Origin: Takakia lepidozioides
Lineage: Eukaryota; Plantae; Bryophyta
Length of the DNA stretch: 64,000 nucleotides
Reading direction: 5' to 3'
NCBI GenBank assembly: GCA_030704615.1
Contig: CM060733.1
Span: forward strand, 45,260,001-45,324,000
This document shows, piece after piece, positions 10,880 through 21,742 of this stretch; position 1 is the stretch's first letter; every line of letters starts with the position of its first letter. A program made the translations under genes and the position numbers. The notes under the pieces were generated by a model. That model saw only the letters and a program-made list of their open reading frames with translations. It searched no databases and had not been told where the DNA came from.

Positions 10880-12130
10880 GTTCGGATGATGTCGGCTGAA
10901 GGGGAGAAGCCGGCACCGTGCCGTCACATTGCTACCCCCGGATGAAAATTCGGCACCGAATATCCAGCAGGGGCCGCACGAATGAAGTCGGCTCGGGCAG
11001 AGAGGGCGGATGGAAAAACGGCGCCGAATTTCCATCCAAGGCCTTTCGGATGCAGTCGGCTCGGGGGAAAGGCCGCCATCTGGCCCTCACATTACAACCC
11101 CCGGACGGAAATTCGGCACCGAATATACAACAGGGGAAGCCCGGATGAAGTCGCCTCGGGCGCAGAGGCCGGCGCGTGTGCGACAGAGAACATCCCCTGG
11201 ATGGAGATTCGGCACCGAATTTCCATTCGGGCCCCCCCCAAAGGAAGTCGTGTCGGGGGGTCAGGCCAAAAACTGGCCGCAATAAAAACATCCCCAGATG
11301 GAAAAACGGCGCCGAATTTCCATCTGGGGCGGTTCGGATGCAGTCGGGGAGGGGGGAGAGGCCGGCACCTGGCCGTCACATTTCAACCCCCGGACGGAAA
11401 TTCGGCACCGAATATCCAACAGGGGACGCCCGGATGAAGTCGCCTCGGGCGTAGAGGCCGGCGCGTGTGCGACAGAGAACATCCCCTGGATGGAGATTCG
11501 GCGCCGAATTTCCATCCGGGCCCCCCGAAGGAAGTCGTGCCGGGGGTCAGGCCGAAAACTGGCCGCAATAAAAACATCCCCAGATGGAAAAACGGCGCCG
11601 AATTTCCATCTGGGGTGGTTCGGATGCAGTCGGGGAGGGGGGAGAGGCCGGCACCTGGCCGTCACATTTCAACCCCCGGACGGAAATTCGGCACCGAATA
11701 TCCAACAGGGGACGCCCGGATGAAGTCGCCTCGGGCGTAGAGGCCGGCGCGTGTGCGACAGAGAACATCCCCTGGATGGAGATTCGGCGCCGAATTTCCA
11801 TCCGGGCCCCCCAAAGGAAGTCGTGTCGGGGGGTCAGGCCGAAAACTGGCCGCAATAAAAACATCCCCAGATGGAAAAACGGCGCCGAATTTCCATCCGG
11901 GGCGGTTCGGATGCAGTCGGGGAGGGGGGAGAGGCCGGCACCTGGCCGTCATATTTCAACCCCCGGACGGAAATTCGGCACCGAATATCCAACAAAGCGG
12001 CGGAGAGGCCGGCACCTCTTCGACAGAGACCATCCCCCGGATGGAAATTCGGCGCTGAATTTCCATCGGGGCCCCCTCAAAGGAAGTCGCAAAAACCTCC
12101 CAGAATGGAAAAACGGCGCCGAGTTTCCGT
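10880..12130. repeat. Right subterminal array of B: ~287 bp units, each of three ~95 bp subunits carrying near-palindrome AATTCGGCRCCGAATT / AAAAACGGCGCCGAATTTC
   Basis: Unit starts atggaaaaacggcgccg at 11010, 11298, 11584 and 11871; about 14 motif copies. The ORFs called here are repeat artefacts. Confidence 0.92.
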
Positions 12131-12324
12131 CCGAGGCTGTTCCGATTTGCCTCTAGCAGTCAAGGATTCCAAGAAAAACGTGTCTACAAGTGCACTTCAG
12201 CCACAAAACAAACAGTTAGGTTTGTTTTTCTCCGAAAAATCAATCGGACACGCTCAAAATTACCTGCAGGAAGGTAATTCAGCACTTCGAAATACCTGGC
12301 GAATCCCCTTGGAGAATCCCTTGG

Positions 12325-14316
12325 AGAATCCCCTTCACTCAAAATATGGCTTTCCAAGAAGGACTTGCTTGCGCCAAGAGCAATTGCAGATGTTGTTGCG
12401 GATGGGTTTCTCCTGTACTCCTGTTTAATCAACCTCGATACTGTCTCAACACTTTCCATATAATCCCCATTCGAGACAGGATGGTTATGGAATCCGAAAT
12501 GTACACAAGCTCTTGTCATTGTTCTCAAATGGTGGACAACATAATACATTCTTGCTCCGCACAACGCCAAGCAGGATGGCACAAGTTTGCAGAATTTGTA
12601 GACGAAAGTGTTTGCCAGTGGTGAGGCAGTCCCAGGCTGAAATGGATTTTCCGCCAGACCCTCCCACTCGCTTTGATTATGAACCCCAGACTAAAGAAAG
12701 TGTCTGCAATTCAACTTATCACACCTAAGGTGTCCATTGCAAACTGTTCTCCTGAAAACAAGCTTGTCATCATTTTGAATATTGGATGTTTATGTTCTGC
12801 ACCACGGGTGCCCGTTGTGTTTCTTGTCCATTCCATGCATCATGATTGTTACACCTCCATCTCGCGGAGGAGGAGGCAGCTCGAATAGGATATCGCCATC
12901 AAAAGTCTCTGGCAAGAACTTCACAGGCACCTGCTTCAAATATTCCCAAATCAATTCCTCGCAACTCACTTTTGAAACCTGCCATTTCTCCCATCGCACG
13001 TAGTTTTGGAATGACACTACAAATCTCTTTTTCATCTGCTTCTCCAACTACAGTAGGAAGGACTGGATTTGGAATTTCACTTATGTCATCATCGGACGAA
13101 TCCGAAAGCTCAACGATTGGAGTGGAGGACGTCTGTTCTTTTTTCACCACCACCTCCCTCTTGTCTTCAACAACCGAAGCAGCAGTCCCGGACGTCACAT
13201 ATGATCCAAAGGACTTTCGCCGAGGCTCTCCAAATACTCTGTATCAACCAGGGCGCACTCTCCACTGGCTGACATGAGCCGTCTCATCACGGTTTTGGAA
13301 AGAGTATTTCAACAACTTCCCTTTCAAATCGTACACCTCTTTCTCCAAAAAGATGGAGCCATTCTGAAGTTGAAAACGGGTAGCCAAGACATGTTCCAGA
13401 ACAATTGCAAATACATTGTCAAGGACTTCCTGGGAGAACGGGACTGGTTTGTCTTCAGAGAAGAACTCCGCTTCAGAGGAAGCCATCTTCCCTCCTCGCG
13501 TACGTAGATGCCTTGCTATCGCAGACCTTCATTGTAAATCTATTGACTGAGGTCTCAAGAACACTGTTGAAGAATGAGCAGAGAATATCGCGGAGGAAGC
13601 TCACACGACGACTGTGCATATTCTGTTATTCCTTCCAGACATGCAGCCGTCCATTTTAATTACTTTTTTTGTGGGCCCTGTGGTCAGAGTATCCCATAGG
13701 AGCAATGTTGGCAGCTGTTAAGCCTTTAATCAGAACCTCATCAATAAACACAACAACAAGCCGACTTCCTGGAAGCATGCCACAAGACTGAGGGTGGGAT
13801 AGCAGATTAAGTAAATGCATCTTTATACTACTACCAATGATATGCGCACTTGGAAAGTTCAAACTGTAAAATGAACGTGGGGTTGGTTAACAAGGATGAA
13901 TGTGTATGATATCAATTTTTTTTGTCATCAAACACTCGTTCATTTACATATATTTGTCTAAGATTGTGCGCTAAGATGTATGAGATTCTCTGTTATTTTA
14001 ATTTATTGAAACCGTTCTAATAAACAACGCGCCGTTTATTTTGGGAGACACACGTCAGACATCGATATCTATATTGAATACGAACAGCTGTACACTAATT
14101 GCTGGCAGGTGCACCAATAAGGGAACGACTATGTGTAACGGTCACGCAAGAGGGAATCCGATGCTTCTACAGACAATCCACAACGCACGCAATCCCGCAA
14201 GAAATTGAGAGTCATTTTGTCTTTCTAGTTTTTGCACTTAGAGGGAGAGTGGTAGTCAAGCTGGAGAGGGTTCCTTCTACAATACGAAAGAGAAGGAAGT
14301 CTCTTTATTTTACATC
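12325..14316 (-). mobile_element. Inverted copy A' (5' part) of element A
   Basis: Near-identical reverse complement of 545-2524 (paired ORFs 1651-1950/12899-13198 and 1572-2003/12846-13277). Truncated at 14316 by the Gypsy LTR. Confidence 0.95.
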
Positions 14317-16738
14317 TGTCAAGTTATTTTACCACTAGTGTGAAACTAGCTAGGAAATAGCTAGCTTTTATATATTGACATTTGGGAATGGCCCAAGTGT
14401 CAATCCAGGGGTCAAGGCAGATTTAGGCCCTGGAGTGGTTATCTTCACGGCAAGCGCGGGAGGCTCATCTTTCTCGAGTTGAGCCTCACCGCGCCTAGCC
14501 ATGGCGCCGTAGTGTGGATTCCCCATGGGTGGGGTGCACTTGGCTTGACTTGTATTTGAGTGATGAGTTTATATATACATGAGTTGATGCTTCAGCTTTG
14601 TGAGCTCGCATGAGCTTGTGCATGTATTCTTCTTCTTCTTCTTTATCACTCGAGAAAGATCAGCTCGAGTCTGTGAGTGCCAGGTTCGAGTTGTTTTGTA
14701 GCACTTGTGTTTTCATGAGAAGCGGTTCAGCCTAGAGTGCAGGGATCCGTGCATGAGCCTATCCAAAGTGGATAGAGTGCAAAGGCGAACAGGTTGCAGG
14801 TTTGCAATGGATAGAGAGGCGGGTAGCCTATGTTGAAGAGCGGCATTGCATAGCTAAACGCTATGGCAACCAAGTTTGGGTCGTCCTCCAGTCCATTGTA
14901 CATTAACTCCGCCTGAAGCGGGGGAGATGCTGGTCTCGAGTGGGCGAACTGGTGGTCGTCTTCTTCAGCTGCAGGCCGAGTTAAGGAGCTGCAGCAATGT
15001 GGAGCTGCGAGGGTGTTAGATGTAAGTCACAGTTATCGGGAGCTCCCAACTTCAAGCTCATAAGGAGGTATGAGTGAAGAGAGATGGCTGATTTCTCTTG
15101 TATACAAGCCAATGCATTTGTGGCTATGTTGAGTTGGGGGTTTCAATCTGAAACTCCAGCGGTATGAAGGCTCTTGCCATGGCAAGAGCGGGGCTGGAAC
15201 ATGAGCTAAGAGGTGCGGCAAGGCCATAGAATGTGCACCTAAGGTTTCAGAGCTTGGAAGAAAAGCTCTTGTACCACAAGAGGAGTGTCTTGTGGCTGGA
15301 AATGTAAGCCTTAGGATTTCAGGAGCTTGGCAAGGGCTGTGGAGTGCTTAGTCTTGTTTTAGAGAGCATCAAGGAGCCAAGGAGCCAAGATAGGGGGCTG
15401 ATATCTCTTGTGTGAAGAGGTTGCATGTGTGGAGCATATATTCAGCTCATTGAAGCTTCCATCTTCAAGCTTGGAGGGCAAGCAAGGAAGAGGGAAGGGC
15501 TGACTTCCCTTATGTGAGGGCAATGCATGTGTGGAGCATGCTATCAGCCTGGTGAAGGCTTGTACTTTCAGGTGTGGGAGTGCAAGAAAGGAAGGAATGG
15601 GCTGTTTTCCCTGTAGGGCAAGTGAGGAGCATGCTTTCAGCTTGCTGAAGCTTGTAATTTCAGGTTTGTGGGTGCAAGAAATGAAGCAAAGGAGCTGATT
15701 CTCTTATGGTGAGAGTGGGGCATGTGTGGAGCTTGCCTTCAGCCCATTGAGGCTCTTTTTTTCAAGCTTTAGAACGGAAGGTCTAGGGCTGGTTTCCACT
15801 TGGAGTGAAAGAAAAACACTTGTAGGGCCTATGTGAGTTGGGGTTTCAACTTCAAGCTTGAAGGGAGCGCAACTCTTGAAGCAGTAGGTGCAAGGGCTGG
15901 AATAGGCTCTAAGACAGATGCTATGGTCAAGAGAGTGCTTGAATGAGTGCTCACAAGGGCTGGAAACCAGTAGGGCTTGGTTGTTTGCCATTGAGTTTAG
16001 TGGTGTGTTTGGTGTCGTGGCCCTTTGCCTTGAGGGCAGTGGGTCGGGACACAGGAGGGGCTGCCCCTGTGGTGGGGGCAGTGGCAGCGATAGATACGGG
16101 GGCTGAAGCACCCTTGAGTGCCCAAGGCACTCAAGGAGGCGGAGGCGCTCACTAGGTGGAGCCCCGCACACCGGGTTGCGGTGGGGGTGGCTCCACAAGG
16201 GGTGGTGGTAGCTTAGCGGGACTTAGTGGGGGTGGCATAAGACTCACCTTGGGGCGGAGACCTCGTGGTGGGAATCGTGGGGAGTCTTGGGACTCATCAC
16301 AGCCCAATGGGGCCGTGGTGGGTGGGCCAAGACTCACCGCAACTCATCACCGGGAGTCGAGGGTCTTCGTGGTGGTTCGCCATAAAATGGCATGGTTGTT
16401 TGTGAAACCCCCGCGGACAGTCACAGAAGTATATATAGGGAGTAGTAACCCCGAGAACGGTGCAAGCCCGTTGGTGACCAAAAACTAGTGAGTAAGCGAG
16501 CGAGCCGGAAAGCGACCAAAGAGTAGGGAGCTGTTCTGGACTGCCATCTATCAAAGGGAATTTCCACTAGGCCCAAATTGGTGGAGGGTCTTTCGGGAGA
16601 GCGAAGGGGGACCGTTATGTCCCGGTGAGCAGCCGAAGCTCTAAGTTGGCCCGGCGGCCAGGTTGGGAGTCAGGCGCGCGCATCAAAGTGAGTAACTATG
16701 ACTTGAGGGGGGAGCTTACCGAAGTGAGGTGCACGACA
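14317..16738 (+). repeat. 5' LTR (~2.4 kb) with internal ~100 bp degenerate tandem repeats (~15400-15770)
   Basis: Starts TGTC at the A' breakpoint and ends GCACGACA 2 nt before the PBS; gcatgtgtggagc-type units are repeated. Confidence 0.8.
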
Positions 16739-16740
16739 CT

Positions 16741-16752
16741 TGGTATCAGAGC
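16741..16752 (+). promoter_or_regulatory. Primer-binding site complementary to initiator tRNA-Met
   Basis: TGGTATCAGAGC directly after the LTR end. Confidence 0.9.
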
Positions 16753-16793
16753 TTAGAGTTCAGTACACGATCGTCCTTGGGATTGGCCTCATC

Positions 16794-19700
16794 ATGGGGT
16801 CGGACAAGCCAAAGCGAAAGCGGAACGGCCCAAAAGATGATGATCTTGGTGAGCCCGATGGGGGCGACGTGTCACCGAAGCGGCCGTTTGAAGAAGTGAT
16901 GCAGGTTTCTGAAAACGAGGCCGCTCAAGAGCGGGAAGAATCTGAGGAGTCGGAGCTCGGGAATCCCTGAGAGCTCTGACAAACCAACAGATGCCTCCCA
17001 TGCCGGCAGCCTTTTGGGAAGGGTTGTTGGCGCAGTTTGGCGGGACGTTGAAAGACATGTTGAAGGCGGCTAATGTCACTTCCACTAAGGCAAAGTTTAA
17101 GGTGAAGCCTAAGGAACCCGGCACCTTCGAGGGCGTCCAAAATCAGAAGGCACTCAACACTTGGCTCTTGGAGCTAGAGCAGTACTTCCGGGCGGCCAAG
17201 TTGAGTGACGAGGATCGGGTGGAAGTGGCTCCCACCTATTTGAGGGGCTATGCTCAACAATGGTGGCAGAAACGCCTTCACAACCGAGGTCCAAGCCCGG
17301 AAACCTTGAACTGGAGTGGGTTCAAGGAATTGATGAAGAGATAGTTTGTGCCCCTCAACGCGTCCTGGCTTGCCCACAGATGACATTCGGGGATATGTCC
17401 AGGCTTTAAATGTGCTGTTGCTCGAAGTCGCGGATATGGCAGAACCAGAAATGTCTTCAAGTTTGTGGCGGGATTGGCCCCATGGGCCAGGCGGAAATTG
17501 GAGGAGAAGCCACCTAAGACTTTGAACGAGGCAATTGAGAGGGCTGAATGTTTCTCGGATGTCCCTAGGGGGGAAAGACAAAGCCGTACGGAGCTGAACC
17601 ACAAGAAGACCCGGCGGGAAGGTGACTCCTTCCGACCGGAAAAGAAGTGGGATAGGCCACGCGGCGACAATGGCACGTGGAAATCAAAGGGAGGGCCTTC
17701 ACACGTCAAGGCGGCACCTGGTGCTCCGAAAGAAAAAGTAGGTGCAGCGCCTTATGGCGGACAGAAGGCGGAGTGTGTTTCAATTGTGGGGAGCCCGGAC
17801 ACATAGCCAAGAAGTGCACGAAACCCCGACAATTGAACATGACTCGAGCGACCACGGAGCTGTTGGAAGATACCATCAGTCGCTTGGTGGAAGCGGTGGT
17901 CGCCAGGACTTGCAAGGTAGGCAACTATTATTGTGAGTTGTATCAGGAAACGGGCGCCCTGCGTAAAGAGAGTCAGTGATTGTTCGTAGATGGGATAATA
18001 TCCGGAACTAACGTGTCGTTGTTGGTGGACACAGGAGCGTCGCATTCCTTCATGACACGGCAACGGCGCAAAAGCCTGGGACTCCCGACAAGTGACGTGG
18101 GGGCCTCTATATTGAGGTGTGTTCTGCTAAAGAAGAACCACAAATAGCGACGAGGTTGGCGTTCGATGTTCCTCTTCAACTGGGGAGTTGGGAGGGACGT
18201 AAGAACTTCACCATCTGCAAGATCGATGGAGTGGATCTCATTTTGGGGATGACATTTTTGAGCAAATCCGGAGCGGTCATAGATGGCCGCATGAGAGTAG
18301 TCACGCTCCCATGTGGGAATGGTGGCGAGGTCTTATGAGTGTCAGAAACGCCCAAACCGTGGAGGGGCAAATAAACTTCTGTCAGCAAGGGAGTGGGCCG
18401 TGGAGGAGTCACACGAGCCCCAGTTTTTGCTTTACGTCAAAGAAGTAAAGGATGAGAAGGCAATGGGGAGCCGAGCCCAGATGGATCAAGGGGATTTTGG
18501 AGAGAAATACCAGGATGTGATGCCGGAGGATTACCAAGCGGCTTGCCACCGTGAAGAGGGAGAAGAGGAGTTGACAACAAGATTGAGGTGATAGCGGGGT
18601 CGGAAACGCTTGCCAAGGCGCCCTACCGACTGAGCCATAGAGAGTTGGTAGAGCTGAAGACTCACAACTCAAGGATCTAATGTCAAAGGGGACATCCAGC
18701 CGAAGGGAGTCACTTACGGAGCCCGTGCTATTCGCAGACAAGAAGGATGGTAGGACGTTGCGGATGTGTGTCGATTATAGGGCTCTGCATAAGGTGACTA
18801 TAAAAAACCGGTAGACTTTGCCAAGGATCGATGCCTTTCGACCGGTGGCAGGAGCGAAAGTATTCAGCCGGATCAATTTGCGCTCCGGCTATCATCAAAT
18901 TCGAGAGTGGCGGAAGGAGATGAGGAGAAGACCTGCGTTGCAAGACGAGGTATGGTTCATATGAGTTCTTGGTGATGACTTTTGGGCTCACCAACGCATT
19001 TGCGACATGGAGCACAGCTGATGAACAACCTTTTCCAGGAGTGGTTGGTGACTTTGTGATCGTGTACATTGACGACATCTTGTGTACTCGCGAAAACAAA
19101 GGAGGAAGCAACTGGAGCACCTAAAAAGCGTTGTTCCAGAAATTGCGGGACGGGAAACTGTACGCCAAAGCTTTTCAAAGTGCGGAATGCAGGGTCACTA
19201 AGTTGAGTTCCTGGGACATGTGATTTACATAGGATGGGATCAAAATGGATGACAGAAAGGTGAGGCGGATCTGGGACTGGGAGCCTCCGACTTCAGTCCC
19301 GGAGGGAGTGCGATCCTGCCTAGGAATCGCCTCCTATTACGGAAGTATGTGAGAAATTTCGCCAAGATCAAGGGGCGCTGTCGATGTCGACTTCTGTGTA
19401 AATCAAAGTCTAGGTATGGAACACCTTTTGTGGCCAAGCGTTTGCTGATTGAAAGCAGCGGGATGGCGGACGCTTTTCTAGTCTTGAAAATCCAGGAGTC
19501 GAATGTCCGTTCGAGATTCATACAGATGAGTGGATTCGCGATTGGGGGGTACTTATGAAGAGGAAAGTCAAGTGGCTACGAAGTAAGAAACTGAATTGAA
19601 GGGGAGCGACGGTGGCCGACGCACGAGAAAGAGATGAAGGCGGGTGGGCATTGCCTTGAGCTTTGGCGCCACTATGTTGGTTCCAACCCAGTGAAGGTAT

Positions 19701-20546
19701 TCATGGACAAGTCACGGTGAAGTATTGTGCCACGCAGCCTAAGTGGTCTCCAAAACAACTTAGGTGGCAAGATAATTGGCGTGTCGACGTGGATACTAGT
19801 ACAAAACCGGGACGGGACAAGTGGGGGCCGATGCTTGAGTAGAAACCAGAGCTCATGTTGGTTGTACAGGGGCGAGACGGGGCTCCAAAAGAGAAAGATC
19901 CAAAAGGCTTGCCGGAGGATGAAGCTGGCAAGCCGTGATGTAGGATTTGAGGAGGGGGTTAAATCGCATTTCCACTTGCAAAATGGATTGACCGGTATAA
20001 GCAAAAGCGTCTCTGTGGCCGAAGGGAGGGATCAGAGATTGTCTCTTGAGAGAATGCCATGAGGGCCCGCTTTGCGGGCCATGGCGGAGCCAAGCGCACC
20101 GCGACGCTCGTGAAGAAAGAGTATTTCTGGCCCAAACTGAGGGAGGAGGTCGAGGAGTTAGTCAAGACATGCACAAATGCCAACAAAACTCGAGCGAGTA
20201 CAAAAAGCAAGCGGGGGCTGTTACAACCCTTGCTGATTCCAGAAGGGGACTGGGGAAAACGTTCGATGGAGCTGACTGCTATGCCGCTGTCCAAAATGAT
20301 CGAGTGCAATCATGGGGGGGTGGATTAGGTTTAATAAAATGGGCCATTTCATCCCCACCAAGGGCCGGGCAACGGGCAAGCGGAGATGGGGCGGAAGGCT
20401 ATGAGACTACAGCCTGCTGCCCTCTCTAATTAGACCCAACCAATTGGCTCATAAAGTGTAGATACATTATGGACAACGTCCTCTGGCCCAGGGAGATCCC
20501 GTTCGAATTTGCCAAACAAGACCTCCCACGCACGCCCTTCTCCTCC
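16794..20546 (+). pseudogene. gag-pol of retrotransposon 1 (fragmented)
   Basis: Domain motifs lie in shifting frames; the dense 1-nt indels near the gap could be decay or sequencing error. Confidence 0.8.
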
Positions 20547-21046
20547 NNNNNNNNNNNNNNNNNNNNNNNNNNNNNNNNNNNNNNNNNNNNNNNNNNNNNN
20601 NNNNNNNNNNNNNNNNNNNNNNNNNNNNNNNNNNNNNNNNNNNNNNNNNNNNNNNNNNNNNNNNNNNNNNNNNNNNNNNNNNNNNNNNNNNNNNNNNNNN
20701 NNNNNNNNNNNNNNNNNNNNNNNNNNNNNNNNNNNNNNNNNNNNNNNNNNNNNNNNNNNNNNNNNNNNNNNNNNNNNNNNNNNNNNNNNNNNNNNNNNNN
20801 NNNNNNNNNNNNNNNNNNNNNNNNNNNNNNNNNNNNNNNNNNNNNNNNNNNNNNNNNNNNNNNNNNNNNNNNNNNNNNNNNNNNNNNNNNNNNNNNNNNN
20901 NNNNNNNNNNNNNNNNNNNNNNNNNNNNNNNNNNNNNNNNNNNNNNNNNNNNNNNNNNNNNNNNNNNNNNNNNNNNNNNNNNNNNNNNNNNNNNNNNNNN
21001 NNNNNNNNNNNNNNNNNNNNNNNNNNNNNNNNNNNNNNNNNNNNNN
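20547..21046. other. Assembly gap (500 N)
   Basis: Run of N. Confidence 1.
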
Positions 21047-21520
21047 TCTCTCCCCCCCCCCCCACCCCCCCCCTTCTTCACTCACAACTCCTCCCACCTG
21101 ATTTGCACCTTGTGCAACCCATCATGAACAGGTAGAACTCCTCGCCCCCCCTCCCCCCCCCCTCCAGCCCCCCCCCCCCCCCCCCCAAGGAAACCCCCCC
21201 CTGACTTCATCCTTTTCAACACAGTTACGTGATCTTAAGATCCCCTTTTGAATCATCCCCCTCCTCTTACCACCCCCCCCCCACCCCACATTTCCCTCCC
21301 CCCCCCCTCCCCCCCCATATGTCCCCCAGCCCTCCACCTATCAGTCCCCCTTAGTTCCCTCCTCCCAACCCCCTTTGCACTGTGCCCTCCCCCCCTCCCG
21401 CCCTGCGGTACCCCCCCTCCCCCCACCCCCCCCTCCCCCCCCTTCCCATTATCCCCCCCACCCCCCTCCCCACCCCTCCTTCCCACCTCCCCCCCCCCCA
21501 CCCCCCCCTCTCACCCCCAC
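21047..21520. other. Low-quality poly-C-smeared sequence overlying a Gypsy protease region
   Basis: Long C runs next to the gap. An intact island (minus strand, GVLPVHDGLHKVQI) matches QLLTVHNGMHEIQI of the pol at 41721. Confidence 0.7.
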
Positions 21521-21742
21521 ATATACAAACAAAAAATCACTTTGGACCATATCACTTCAGCCAAAGTCCCTTCTTACTTTGCACTTATGCAGCTTCTTTC
21601 TTCCCTTCTTCCTCACTCACTTTCTCTTCTCCTTCAGAGTCAGAGGAATCTGCCATAGGAATATCAGTACTCTTCTGCATTGCCCTTATGGTATCTGCCA
21701 CTTCCTTGTGCAGTTCCTTATCACCCTCAAGCCTCATCATCT

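Larger units (their letters stand above)
6249..12324 (-). mobile_element. Mutator-like DNA transposon B with subterminal motif arrays, inserted in A'
   Basis: Interrupts A' (homology to A stops at 12325 and resumes at ~6248). Contains transposase B and oppositely oriented motif arrays at both sides. No TIR or TSD found by eye. Confidence 0.75.
14317..20546 (+). mobile_element. Ty3/Gypsy LTR retrotransposon 1 (chromovirus-like, Met PBS), runs into the assembly gap
   Basis: 5' LTR, PBS, gag with CCHC knuckle (CFNCGEPGHIAKKC), protease (LVDTGASHSF), RT ([14 protein letters not shown]), RNase H (RRWPTHEKEM) and integrase N-terminus (GHGG..YFWP..C..C). Many frameshifts. Confidence 0.9.

Noticed and set aside
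10880-12130. CRISPR-like array (palindromic repeats at regular spacing)
   Set aside because: The intervening sequences are themselves repeated rather than unique spacers, the context is eukaryotic, and there are no cas genes.
6249-12324. Classical TIRs/TSD for element B; Helitron or KDZ/Zisupton assignment
   Set aside because: No terminal match found by eye. The protein has MULE-type D, D, CxxH and (T)N.AES motifs and no Rep/helicase.
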